Origin: Methanobacteriota archaeon
Lineage (GTDB): Archaea; Thermoplasmatota; Thermoplasmata; UBA10834
Assembly (NCBI GenBank): GCA_020347645.1
Contig: CP070736.1
Location: forward strand, 105,788 to 169,787
Direction: 5' to 3'
Length of the DNA stretch: 64,000 bases
Shown: piece by piece, positions 38,688 through 48,184 of the stretch
Layout: every line of letters begins with the position of its first letter
Numbering within the stretch: the first letter of the stretch is position 1
The notes under the pieces: model-generated
Told to the model about the DNA's origin: nothing
What the model saw: the letters and a program-made list of their open reading frames with translations, nothing else
Database searches by the model: none
Program-made: the position numbers and the translations under genes

Positions 38688-39614
38688 ATGCCCACTACCG
38701 CTGCGGACCAGCTAGAGAAGCAGCAGTATCGAATCGTCGGCGGGACCGGCGCTGTCAAACTCTGTCACTGGATGAGACAGAAGCTCATCTATGGCAGACC
38801 CTGCTACAAGGAGGAGTTCTATGGCGTGGAATCGCATAGGTGTTTGCAGATGACACCTTCGGTGAACACATGCAACTGCAGGTGTCTCTTCTGCTGGCGT
38901 TTTCACGGGATGATAGGTCTCGAAGGGGCCGACAGTCCCGAGCCCGAGGAACTCCTCGAAGGATGTATCCGGGAGCAGAAGCTTCTCGTTTCGGGGTTCA
39001 AAGGTGACGAGAGATGCGATCCCGCTATGTGGGAGGAAGCGAGACGTCCAAACCAGGTCGCGATATCCCTTTCTGGTGAGCCAACGTTGTATCCCTACCT
39101 TGGCGACTTCATCGGATTGTGCAAGCGAAAGGGCCTGACTACATTTCTCGTCACCAATGGGACCTTGCCCGGGGTGATTGAGAGCCTAAGCCCCCTCCCA
39201 ACTCAGCTCTACGTGACCGTTGCAGCACCAAATCGTGAGGTGTTTAGGAAACTATGCGTGCCCCAGTCCGTCGGAGCCTGGAACAGGATTGAGGAGACCC
39301 TCAGCTTGATTGCATCACTGGACACTCGGACGGTCATACGCCATACCCTCGTTGACGGCTGGAATCTGGGTTGGGAGGATGAATACGCGAAGTTGGACTT
39401 GGCGGCGGATCCCATGTTTATCGAGCCCAAAGGGTTCGTCTTTGTTGGAGATTCGAGATCGAGAATGACGATTGACAACATGCCATCTCATTCGAGGGTG
39501 AGGGAATTCTCCGAGCGTATCGCTGACCGATTGTCGATGGATATTCTGATGGAGCGCGAGGACAGTCGCGTGGCGCTCATAGGGGAAAGAGGCTCGCAGC
39601 TCAAAATCGTTTGA
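38688..39614 (+). CDS. taw1: tRNA 4-demethylwyosine synthase (radical SAM, TYW1/Taw1)
   Basis: 308 aa. 'LQMTPSVNTCNCRCLFCWR' radical-SAM cluster plus upstream Cys for the auxiliary cluster. Confidence 0.8.
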   Translation: MPTTAADQLEKQQYRIVGGTGAVKLCHWMRQKLIYGRPCYKEEFYGVESHRCLQMTPSVNTCNCRCLFCWRFHGMIGLEGADSPEPEELLEGCIREQKLLVSGFKGDERCDPAMWEEARRPNQVAISLSGEPTLYPYLGDFIGLCKRKGLTTFLVTNGTLPGVIESLSPLPTQLYVTVAAPNREVFRKLCVPQSVGAWNRIEETLSLIASLDTRTVIRHTLVDGWNLGWEDEYAKLDLAADPMFIEPKGFVFVGDSRSRMTIDNMPSHSRVREFSERIADRLSMDILMEREDSRVALIGERGSQLKIV

Positions 39615-39617
39615 GCG

Positions 39618-41540
39618 CTACTTCAGACGAATCGTCTCAAGGTTGAGCGGGGCACGGGTCTCTATGCCGAATTTCTTGTACAGAGTGCTCGCAAGGTCTG
39701 AACATTTGTGGTCCTCGCCGTGGCCTATGATGATCCTTTCAGGCCTCGGCTCAAGCGTGCTGACATAGTTGACCAACTGCCTTCTGTCAGAGTGTCCAGA
39801 GAATCCGTCGGCGGTCTCGCTATCCATCTCCATCTTCAAGGAGATCTGTTTGCCACGTTCATTGAGGGTTATGTCGCTCCATCCTTTCTGGATCTTCCTG
39901 CCCATGGTCCCGTCCGCCTGGAAACCCACGAAGACTATGGTGTTGTTCGGGTCGTCGCACCATGCTTTGAAGTACTCCATGACCGGTCCGCCGTTCATCA
40001 TACCGCTTGTAGCCAGAACTATGCATGATTCCGGGTCATGGCAGATGCGCTCGCGCATATCAGGGCTATCGATTCTCTTGAAGATTGGCGACAGGAACGG
40101 GTTCTCTCCCATCTGGAAGATCTGCGTTCTGAGCTGACTGTTGAGATACTCCGGATAAGCGGTGTGTATGGCGGTTGCCTCCCAGATCATCCCATCAAGG
40201 TAGATGGGCACGGTGTGGATGTGATGGTTTCTCATAAGCTCCTCGAGCACGAGCATGACCTCTTGGGACCTGCCGACCGCGAAGACCGGTATGAGGACCT
40301 TTCCTCCACGACCGAGCGTCGTCCTAACGACCTCCCTTATCTGGTTGGCGGCGTCCTGGCGGCTAGGCTGCATGTCGTGATATCCGCCGTATGTGGACTC
40401 CATCACGAGCGTCTCGAGGCGAGGAAACTTGTTCACAGAGGCATTGAAAAGCCACGACTTCTCGAATTTGATGTCGCCTGAGAACGCTATGTTGTACATT
40501 CCGTCGCCGACATGGAAATGGGCTATTGACGACCCTAGAATGTGGCCGGCGTTCTGCAGGGTGAGTCTCACGTCCGGAGAGATGTCGGTTGTCTCGCCGT
40601 ACTTCAACGGTATGCAGTGCACCACTGCATCGCGTATGTGTGACGATTCGTACGGCGCCTTCTTGCCTTCTCCGACCGCCACCTTGATGAAGTCCAGTTG
40701 AAGGAGGGACATCAGGTCCCTGGTCGGTGGGGTACAGTAGATCGGACCCTCGTATTCGTACTTGTACAAGACCGGTACAAGGCCCGAGTGGTCAAGATGC
40801 GCATGGGTAACGACCACTGCGTCCAGCGTGTCCAACGGGAATAGCTCCGGCGCACTCAGATACGGTGTCGAACCGTTGTCATCTGCCGATACGGACACGC
40901 CGCAGTCTATCAGGATCTTGCTCTCCCTGGTGGAAAGCAGGGTCGCGCTCCTGCCAACCTCTCTGTATCCTCCCAGGGCAGTTACCCGCAGGTAAGCCTC
41001 GCCGTTGAGGCGTTGACGCATCAGTCTGCGCCCGACGCGCCTGAGAAACTCTTTCCTCTCATCCTGCACCTTCCTGAGGTAGTTCCGTATCTCGCTAACC
41101 GTCTTCGACGGTATCGGAGGAGCCCTAACCACTTTGGGGGCCCATCCGATCTCCTTCTTTATCTCGTTTAGAATCGCCCCGTGTTTGCCAATTACGAGTC
41201 CTGGAGAGATTGCCTCTATCGTGACTTCTCCTGTGTCGTCCTCGAAATAAGCGTTGGTGATCTTCGCCTCTTCCGGGATGATTTTCCTTATGCGCTCTTC
41301 TGCGCTGATTGGATCCGCTAGCATTGACGGGTCAGGTCTGATTGCCACCCTACGTCGGAGCGATTGCGCGAGCTGTCGCACGAGATCGTTGTTCTTGGCG
41401 AACTCATCGAGGTTCTTGGTGTATATGACTATGATCGGCCCCTCGAAATCGATCTCCGTCACTTCGATGTTAGTCGGTATGGTCTTCTTGACCGCTTCCC
41501 TTGCGTCTTCTAGAATCTTCTCTACGCCCATTGGCTTCAC
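39618..41540 (-). CDS. fttA: aCPSF1/FttA (KH-KH-metallo-beta-lactamase-beta-CASP ribonuclease; transcription termination factor)
   Basis: 640 aa. 'HAHLDHSG' MBL motif. N-terminal KH domains 'IEVTEIDFEGPIIVIYTKN'. Confidence 0.9.
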   Translation of the reverse strand: MKPMGVEKILEDAREAVKKTIPTNIEVTEIDFEGPIIVIYTKNLDEFAKNNDLVRQLAQSLRRRVAIRPDPSMLADPISAEERIRKIIPEEAKITNAYFEDDTGEVTIEAISPGLVIGKHGAILNEIKKEIGWAPKVVRAPPIPSKTVSEIRNYLRKVQDERKEFLRRVGRRLMRQRLNGEAYLRVTALGGYREVGRSATLLSTRESKILIDCGVSVSADDNGSTPYLSAPELFPLDTLDAVVVTHAHLDHSGLVPVLYKYEYEGPIYCTPPTRDLMSLLQLDFIKVAVGEGKKAPYESSHIRDAVVHCIPLKYGETTDISPDVRLTLQNAGHILGSSIAHFHVGDGMYNIAFSGDIKFEKSWLFNASVNKFPRLETLVMESTYGGYHDMQPSRQDAANQIREVVRTTLGRGGKVLIPVFAVGRSQEVMLVLEELMRNHHIHTVPIYLDGMIWEATAIHTAYPEYLNSQLRTQIFQMGENPFLSPIFKRIDSPDMRERICHDPESCIVLATSGMMNGGPVMEYFKAWCDDPNNTIVFVGFQADGTMGRKIQKGWSDITLNERGKQISLKMEMDSETADGFSGHSDRRQLVNYVSTLEPRPERIIIGHGEDHKCSDLASTLYKKFGIETRAPLNLETIRLK

Positions 41541-41613
41541 TCAACTCGATTGAACAGACCGTGTTGATTCGGTGGTTGTGTCCACTTCGTCTCTCGTTAG
41601 CTGACTAACACCC

Positions 41614-42255
41614 TCACGTGGAGAGCTTCAGCTTGGTCAGTCTCTTGTGGATCTCCTTTTCGTCCAGCGCGGAGAATCCGTCGCCGGTGATGGCTGCGAT
41701 TGACATACCATCTCCGGACGCTGAATCGCGCTTCATTGCGGCGTGCAAAGATCTTGCTGCCAGGTCGATTCCATCGCTCACCGACAGTCCGTTCCGGTAG
41801 TGGTCCTCAAGCACGCCATATACATACGGCGAGCCGGACCCAGTTGTGACATACTCGTCAGGGATTGCTCCTCCGACCATGTCAAGCGCGTAGACGTGGC
41901 CCGAGTTCTTGTCCACGCCTCCCAGTATAAGCCCTACCCAATACGGGTAGAATCTGCTACCTGCAAGTATATTGGAAGTCAGGGTGGCGGCGGATTTCAC
42001 GGTCATCGGCTGCCCGCGCTTGAGTTTGTAGAGCTCCACCTCGGCAGTGATGTACCTTGCCAAGGATTGCGCGTCACCGACGACTCCTGCGACCGCAAGT
42101 CCCAGATTGTCATCGATCTTGAACAGTTTCTGCGTAGTCTTGTGAGCGATCAAAGTCCCCATCGTAGCCCGCATTTCGGTGGCCATTACGACCCCATCTT
42201 TGCATACGATGCCTATCGTGGTCGTGCCCTTCTTTATCTCTTCATTCGTTGTCAT
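41614..42255 (-). CDS. psmB: Proteasome beta subunit
   Basis: 'TTTIGIVCKDGVVMATE' with active-site Thr following the propeptide; 213 aa. Confidence 0.9.
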   Translation of the reverse strand: MTTNEEIKKGTTTIGIVCKDGVVMATEMRATMGTLIAHKTTQKLFKIDDNLGLAVAGVVGDAQSLARYITAEVELYKLKRGQPMTVKSAATLTSNILAGSRFYPYWVGLILGGVDKNSGHVYALDMVGGAIPDEYVTTGSGSPYVYGVLEDHYRNGLSVSDGIDLAARSLHAAMKRDSASGDGMSIAAITGDGFSALDEKEIHKRLTKLKLST

Positions 42256-42591
42256 GAAATGACACCATCGGCGAAAACCTATCAGCTAGAATACGATTCT
42301 GAAGTATGATTGTGCCGGTATATAACAGTTTGTCCCCTCATTCAGAGGTATGAACCTCCGAAGGCAATGTTTATGGCCGATGGCTGCCAATTGAATCCAT
42401 GAGGTGGGTAGCCTACAAGTCCTCTCCAAGCAAGCACGCAGGTCGATTCTCGACCACCGTGCTCCAAAAACACGTCGCAGGAGAGGCCTGGCGACAGGAA
42501 TTGAATTGCCTGCCCATCTCACCCCTTCCAATGAATGATAATGCTCATCTATTACCTACCGTGTTAACGGGTCTATAACGGTGATGATGCG

Positions 42592-42948
42592 ATGAGAATA
42601 CTCGTGGTAGATGACTCAGAAGCCTTTCGAAAGGTTCTTACCGAGCTGCTGGTAAGAGCCGGATTCCACAAGATCGACGAGGCAGGAGACTTCCAGACGG
42701 CCATCGAGGCGTTCAAGGCATCGAAACCGAAGTTCACTTTTGTCGACATGGTGCTGCCTGACAGATCGGGAGTCGACCTGACGAAGGAACTGCTTTCAAT
42801 CGATCCCAGCGCTGTCGTGATAGCCATGAGCTCCATAATCAACAAGAAGATGATACAGCAGAGCCTGGAAGCCGGCGCCAAGGATTTCCTACTCAAACCC
42901 ACCAACGAGATTGCCCTGAGTTCCGTCCTCGCGGTGTGGAGTGATTAG
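42592..42948 (+). CDS. CheY-like response regulator receiver domain protein (stand-alone)
   Basis: 118 aa. 'RILVVDDSE', phospho-acceptor 'FVDMVLPD', conserved 'AMSS' and 'K' near 'DFLLKP'. Confidence 0.85.
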   Translation: MRILVVDDSEAFRKVLTELLVRAGFHKIDEAGDFQTAIEAFKASKPKFTFVDMVLPDRSGVDLTKELLSIDPSAVVIAMSSIINKKMIQQSLEAGAKDFLLKPTNEIALSSVLAVWSD

Positions 42949-43497
42949 ATGAGACTCTTCCTCAGGAAGAGCAAGTCGAAGCCCAGCTCTAAGGAGCCCC
43001 GCCTATCGATATCGAGGAAGTACGACCTGAAACCTGGAAGATCGTACATCGTACAGGAGTCTCCGCCGCACATGAGCTTCGACGCGTTCGTCAACATAGT
43101 CTCCACAAGCCCAGGAGGAACCGGAGGGAAGACCCTGGGCATTGCGGTAACGCGGCAGCACCCAGAGCTCGTCAGGGAGAAGTACGAACTCGAGGACACG
43201 CCCATATACTGGCTGGCTACGAGGACTGGTGACAAAGTGATATCTCCGACGAACCTCGGCATCCTGGCCCAGACTCTCGTGAAGTTCGTGGAAAACGTGA
43301 GCGACGGTATCATCCTCTTGGATGGCATAGAGTATCTCGTCTCAAACAACGATTTCAACAAGGTCCTGAGAACGGTCAATCAGATCAACGACAACATCAC
43401 CCAGAGCGGCTCCAGGATGATCCTGCCCGTCGATCCGCGCGCATTTGACAGGAAGGAGCTGGCGCTGCTGATGCGGAACATGGAGAAACTAGGATAG
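42949..43497 (+). CDS. DUF835-domain protein
   Basis: 182 aa. 'GIILLDGIEYLVSNNDFNKVLRTVNQIND' matches the DUF835 core. ATG overlaps/abuts the response-regulator stop. Confidence 0.65.
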   Translation: MRLFLRKSKSKPSSKEPRLSISRKYDLKPGRSYIVQESPPHMSFDAFVNIVSTSPGGTGGKTLGIAVTRQHPELVREKYELEDTPIYWLATRTGDKVISPTNLGILAQTLVKFVENVSDGIILLDGIEYLVSNNDFNKVLRTVNQINDNITQSGSRMILPVDPRAFDRKELALLMRNMEKLG

Positions 43498-43502
43498 CAT
43501 TG

Positions 43503-45380
43503 TCATGAAGTAACGAGCGTGACGGCCGACATTATGAGGACGGCCACAAGGATGCACGATCCTATGGAGTACATCAGAGCGCCGATACGCCGCTGTTCTC
43601 CAATGCCCCAGGCGAAGTAGGCCACCACCGCGTTGATCTCCATTAGGAACGCTGCTAGAACGATGAATAGTTCGTCAGGGGCGAGCGTGCTCCTCCCTCC
43701 GCCTATCGATGCAAGGGAGACATAGATGGCGTGTGTCACGCCGAGCATTATGGGAGCAAGCACGTGGGTTGTCATTCTCATCATTGACAGCGTAGGCTTT
43801 ATGCGCCGCTTCAGAACCGCTTCGAGCTCGGCGACATCCCTCAAGTACCCAGCGAGGTCCATCGCAAGGATGCCTGCCTGAGCCTCGTTCTTTGACGCTG
43901 CCTCGATCACGACTCCAAGAGCTCTCTCCTCATTGGATTCGTCGCGCTCAGACGGCTTGCTGGCTTCCGTGTCCCACAGGGTTCGATGCGGCAGGCCGCT
44001 GCTCGGCTGGCCCACGCTCGCTGAGTGCAGAGCCGCTTCGAGGTTTTCGCCGTCGACCATCCTCGCGCCCGCGCCGAAGAGCAGATCTTCCATCAGCTCC
44101 CGTCTCTCCCAATCATCCAAATCTATCGGACGTGAGCCGCGAATCATCAGAAAAAGGGCGGTCGGGACCGATGCGCACAACACGCCTGAGACATACTCCG
44201 CTGAGCCTTCGAGAGCTGTGAACGACACAGCGATCCCTGCTGCCGAAAAGCCGAACGCGAGTGAAAGCCCTTTCGCGCTCCTCAAAGCATCCCATGACGC
44301 TTGTCGAACCGTGCTTTGGCGGGGCATTGGATGCTTGGAGACAGCGTCCAGAGCTACAAGAAGGGCTATGGCGGGGAATGCTACGTTCATAAGCGCGATC
44401 GTCTGGAGAACAATGTCATTCGGACGCACCCCTTCGGGAACTCCGTCTTTCACATCGACTCCCCACATGTCCCATGACAGCATCGGCAGGAAGGACCCTA
44501 CCATCAGCGGAAGCAGTATGCCGATTCCAAACAGGATCATGCTGGGCACGGAGAGGGCCAACGCGTACTCCTCGATTCGCCTCTTCACGCCGGTGACAAG
44601 CGCTTCGTTGGCTCTGTCAAGAGACCGCCTCCTGCCCGCCTCAGTGCCTTCGAACGAAGCGGTTATCGTTGCCCTTATTGCGGGCTTCAACTCCTCGCAG
44701 TGGGCAGACCATTTGACGGCAAGCTGATGAAGCGAGTCTTCAAACGTCGAATGCACTCCCGTTATGACTGACCAGATGCAATCCCTGAGCTCTGCGGCGA
44801 ACTCCGAACCCCTCCTTGCAGCCGCAGCCATTGCCTTTGGGAGCGAAGCCTCATGTCTGAGACTCATGATCATGAGGTTCATCTCATCGGTGGAGCTCCT
44901 CGCCACCATGGCTGCTCTTTTCGACGCGACGATCCGCGGGTACGAAAGCAGAGCTTCCTTTGACAGCAAAGGCACAGACACGGATAAGAACGCTGACAGA
45001 ATCACAAGCTCAAATCTTCCGGACAGCAGGAAGACAATCGTCGGTATCGATGAGGTTGGAATCGTCAAAGCTGAGAATCCTCTGGCCGCGGAATCCAGCA
45101 CGCTGACATCGAGGGGGAGCTTCGACAGCTCGAGATCCGATTTCAATTCTGCTCGCCGCGCGGAGAGCGGAGCAGGTGTTGCGACTCCGTCGGCACCAGC
45201 AGCCTGCGTCCTTTGGGAGCGCTCGCGACTTGCGGCGCCTATGCGAAACGGCAAGACAGAGTGTATTCTTGCGAGCACCACGCAAAGCCTGCAGAAGACC
45301 CTCCCGCGAGTTTCAAAGGCTTCCGACGCGCGACTCATATGATGCCACCCATCGCCTGAGACCCTCTTCGGGCGTTTCAC
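43503..45380 (-). CDS. FlaJ/TadC-like polytopic membrane protein (T2SF-type, pilus/archaellum assembly platform)
   Basis: 625 aa with two blocks of multiple TM helices separated by soluble helical regions. Overlaps the upstream ATPase gene by ~25-70 nt. Confidence 0.6.
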   Translation of the reverse strand: MKRPKRVSGDGWHHMSRASEAFETRGRVFCRLCVVLARIHSVLPFRIGAASRERSQRTQAAGADGVATPAPLSARRAELKSDLELSKLPLDVSVLDSAARGFSALTIPTSSIPTIVFLLSGRFELVILSAFLSVSVPLLSKEALLSYPRIVASKRAAMVARSSTDEMNLMIMSLRHEASLPKAMAAAARRGSEFAAELRDCIWSVITGVHSTFEDSLHQLAVKWSAHCEELKPAIRATITASFEGTEAGRRRSLDRANEALVTGVKRRIEEYALALSVPSMILFGIGILLPLMVGSFLPMLSWDMWGVDVKDGVPEGVRPNDIVLQTIALMNVAFPAIALLVALDAVSKHPMPRQSTVRQASWDALRSAKGLSLAFGFSAAGIAVSFTALEGSAEYVSGVLCASVPTALFLMIRGSRPIDLDDWERRELMEDLLFGAGARMVDGENLEAALHSASVGQPSSGLPHRTLWDTEASKPSERDESNEERALGVVIEAASKNEAQAGILAMDLAGYLRDVAELEAVLKRRIKPTLSMMRMTTHVLAPIMLGVTHAIYVSLASIGGGRSTLAPDELFIVLAAFLMEINAVVAYFAWGIGEQRRIGALMYSIGSCILVAVLIMSAVTLVTS

Positions 45381-47088
45381 AGCCGAAAAGGCTCGTCGTC
45401 AGAGACTCGTTAGACCAGACTCTCGTGTCGTCGGCGTGCTCGAGGCCTCGCCCGACTCCACCCCCTGCGCTGTCTGAAAGGACCTGGTCTGCATACGCCT
45501 TGGACCTGATGATATCCATTATTTCATCGGGTGCCCTGGCGAGGGCCGAAGCGATACCCTTGATCGTTCCGCAATCCTCCGAGAACTCCTGTGTGGGTTT
45601 CGCGCACGAACATTCCCGGTCCGTCTCAAACAGTCTGGTCAAACCAACGGAGGACCCTATCTGCCTGACTTCAGCCACTTCCGTCACCCGCCGCCGAAAT
45701 CGGGTTCCGTCCGGAGACCGCATCAGGCCTATGACCACGATGATGTCCGTAGACGAAAACGCTCTCTCGGAGACACCGAGATCCTCTACAGCTCTGTCAA
45801 GCACCCCTTTCGCGGAGTTACCATGTATTGTGCCGAGCACCGAGGAGCCTGCGCTACCGGCTCGCATGCTCTCATATAACACGCTCGCTTCTTTGCTCCT
45901 GACCTCCCCTATGACGATTGCGCTCTCGCCCATGCGGAGGCTGACTCTGAGGGCGTCCTTGGCGTCGAGGGAATGCCCAGAAGATCCACCTCCATGCGAG
46001 AACCTGAGCGTCTGGATATCATATCCCAGCTCCTGCAGCCTGCCGACAGGTATCTCGGGCGTGTCTTCGATCAGGAGTATCCTCTGTGACCTCGGGAATT
46101 CGAGCATCATGGCGGAGAGCAGAGTCGTCTTGCCCGCCCCCCTGCTGCCGGCTATCAGAACGGCTCTCCTACCGATGGCGCATGCCCACAGAAAGCCTGC
46201 CAAAAGGGGCGAGAGCGAGTCATTGGCGATTAGCGGAGGCATCGACCACACCCTCTCCGAATGCCTCCTCACAGCCACGGAAACGCCTCTGTCGCTGAGA
46301 GGAGGCGAAACGAGCGTGACGCGCGATCGGAGGCCTCTTATGTCGGCCTCGAGGACTGGCACGGCCTCGGAGAATGGCAGCCCGGTCTCGAACTTGATTC
46401 TCGACACGAACGCCTGGAGGTCGCGTCTGCCAACGAAGACGTTCGTCCGACACTTCTGTCGGACAGGTTGCGCTGCGCCCGATCTGAGCACCACGTGCAC
46501 CGGTGCACGATTGGAGGGTGCGTCCACATAGACGTCTTGGACGCGCGTATCCTTGAGCATCGTCTCAAGGACTCCGTAGCCCGCAGTGTATCTGCATATG
46601 ATGGTAGCCAACGCCTCAGCCTCCTTCTCAAGCTCTTCCCCGCGAGCATCCCCACATCGGCGGGCAATCGTCGAGTGAGCCACGTCTTTGGCCAAGCTTT
46701 TCAGGTGTGCGCGTATGATGCCGATCGATTCAACGTGCGCGTCGCCTGGCCGGGAGCGACCCACCATATCCATTGCTTCACTCAGCACGAGCAGCTGCCT
46801 CGAATTCATCCTGTACTCGGGTGGATCCACAAGATAGATGCCACAGCTGCTGTCCTTCGGCGATATGATAGAGACATCGACCCCGTCGACCGAGTAACTC
46901 TCAACGATGTCCTCTGTCGAATATCGCTCAGCCATGAGCCATGAGGAGGCGAAGCAGGGCCTGATCTCGCACTGGTGCAGAGAGAGGGGTGACTCGAGGC
47001 GCGTCGTCAATCCCGCTGGCGACGATGCCTGATTCGCTTCCAACGATCGATGGCGGACGATACGGGGCCTGGGACAGCGGTTCGGCAT
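45313..47088 (-). CDS. FlaI/TadA/GspE-family secretion ATPase (type IV pilus/archaellum assembly)
   Basis: Walker A 'GSRGAGKTT', Asp box 'ILLIEDTPEI', Walker B 'AIVIGEVR', His box 'GTIHGNSA'. ATG immediately follows the stop of the upstream Cys-rich gene. Confidence 0.85.
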   Translation of the reverse strand: MPNRCPRPRIVRHRSLEANQASSPAGLTTRLESPLSLHQCEIRPCFASSWLMAERYSTEDIVESYSVDGVDVSIISPKDSSCGIYLVDPPEYRMNSRQLLVLSEAMDMVGRSRPGDAHVESIGIIRAHLKSLAKDVAHSTIARRCGDARGEELEKEAEALATIICRYTAGYGVLETMLKDTRVQDVYVDAPSNRAPVHVVLRSGAAQPVRQKCRTNVFVGRRDLQAFVSRIKFETGLPFSEAVPVLEADIRGLRSRVTLVSPPLSDRGVSVAVRRHSERVWSMPPLIANDSLSPLLAGFLWACAIGRRAVLIAGSRGAGKTTLLSAMMLEFPRSQRILLIEDTPEIPVGRLQELGYDIQTLRFSHGGGSSGHSLDAKDALRVSLRMGESAIVIGEVRSKEASVLYESMRAGSAGSSVLGTIHGNSAKGVLDRAVEDLGVSERAFSSTDIIVVIGLMRSPDGTRFRRRVTEVAEVRQIGSSVGLTRLFETDRECSCAKPTQEFSEDCGTIKGIASALARAPDEIMDIIRSKAYADQVLSDSAGGGVGRGLEHADDTRVWSNESLTTSLFGCETPEEGLRRWVASYESRVGSL

Positions 47089-47628
47089 CTAGAGTGTCTC
47101 CCGACGTTCCGCACCAACCTTGAACGCCACACCGATACAATCGCGCAGACGCGGACATTCGATGCTCTTCGCCTCTTCGCATGCCTTTGTGATGACGGCC
47201 GACTTGTCACACATGAATCCGGTTGGATCTTCCAGGAGTTGATGACGCATCTTGGCGGTCAAGCAGGGAGCGCTGGCTCTGCATGTCTGACACTTCTTGT
47301 CTGACGGTCTCCAATGCATCGACAGAGCACGGTTCATAGCGGCCAGGTCAGAGGCCGCAGCGAAGACGGGCGCCAGGCTTGGTCCCCTATATCTTCTGTG
47401 CGTGTGTCGCTTTAGAACCACTGTCTCCGGTGTCGCTTCGGAGGACAATATCTGCAGTATCCCAGCGAGGCATCTGTTGTTGGCAAGGTCCTGGGCACCC
47501 GGACAGGTGTCACAATCCACCTCTAGACAGAGTTCCTCATGATCGTTGTACTCGTGTGGGCACTTCGACTCGCGACTGAGCGCCGGGATGAGCTTCTTCC
47601 TCCCAGTCGGAATCGAGCCGCCAACCAT
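47089..47628 (-). CDS. Cysteine-rich hypothetical protein (12 Cys), first gene of the pilus-like operon
   Basis: 179 aa. 'CPHEYNDHEELCLEVDCDTCPG', 'CQTCRASAPC', 'CDKSAVITKAC...CPRLRDC'. Translationally coupled to the ATPase. Confidence 0.45.
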   Translation of the reverse strand: MVGGSIPTGRKKLIPALSRESKCPHEYNDHEELCLEVDCDTCPGAQDLANNRCLAGILQILSSEATPETVVLKRHTHRRYRGPSLAPVFAAASDLAAMNRALSMHWRPSDKKCQTCRASAPCLTAKMRHQLLEDPTGFMCDKSAVITKACEEAKSIECPRLRDCIGVAFKVGAERRETL

Positions 47629-47728
47629 GGCATGCTAATCCGGGTATTGAGCGCTTCTATTCATTCCGCAGGTGTAGTCTGCGTGTAGCACGTATTGGTC
47701 TTCCACATGTGCAGCAGACATATCTTCC

Positions 47729-48184
47729 GTGCGGAACGATATCAAAGGGGTTGGAGGATTCTTCGAGGACCTGCCTGTATTGGCATTCGTCCTGACAGGC
47801 TCCTTTCTGGTGATTGGAATGAATGTCTGGGTTGCGGGACAACGGGAGGCTCACGATGTCTTGCGCCTGTTGGATGAATCGGCCGAGGAATTGGCCGACG
47901 CAGTCGTCATGGAGCTGACGGCAGGAGGGCACTCGGTGGTTCCCCTCGATTCCGTCAGGCTCTTGAATTCTTCCTCGTTCCTGCCACTGCATTTGTCATT
48001 GGCGTCGTGGACCGTGTCTTTATCCCTCATCCACCCCGCTCAGATACCCCTGGCGACTTGGCAAGGTGGGCATGCGCCTCCGGATTCGGACGCTGGGTGG
48101 CACAGCACTCTGTTCAACGTCCTTTGCAGCAGATCTTGCGTCGGAGTCGCAGAGGTGGTGGCCGTTGTCTATGGGAACGGATAG
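47729..48184 (+). CDS. Pilin-like protein (putative class III signal peptide / type IV pilin-like N-terminus)
   Basis: 'MRNDIKGVGG|FFEDLPVLAFVLTGSFLVIGMNVWVAG': short charged leader, Gly, then a ~25-aa hydrophobic helix. Confidence 0.4.
   Translation: MRNDIKGVGGFFEDLPVLAFVLTGSFLVIGMNVWVAGQREAHDVLRLLDESAEELADAVVMELTAGGHSVVPLDSVRLLNSSSFLPLHLSLASWTVSLSLIHPAQIPLATWQGGHAPPDSDAGWHSTLFNVLCSRSCVGVAEVVAVVYGNG

Noticed and set aside
42286-42531. 81-aa minus-strand ORF in the psmB / response-regulator divergent region.
   Set aside because: No motifs, Arg/Leu/Cys-rich random-looking composition. The region is more plausibly non-coding or regulatory (see finding).
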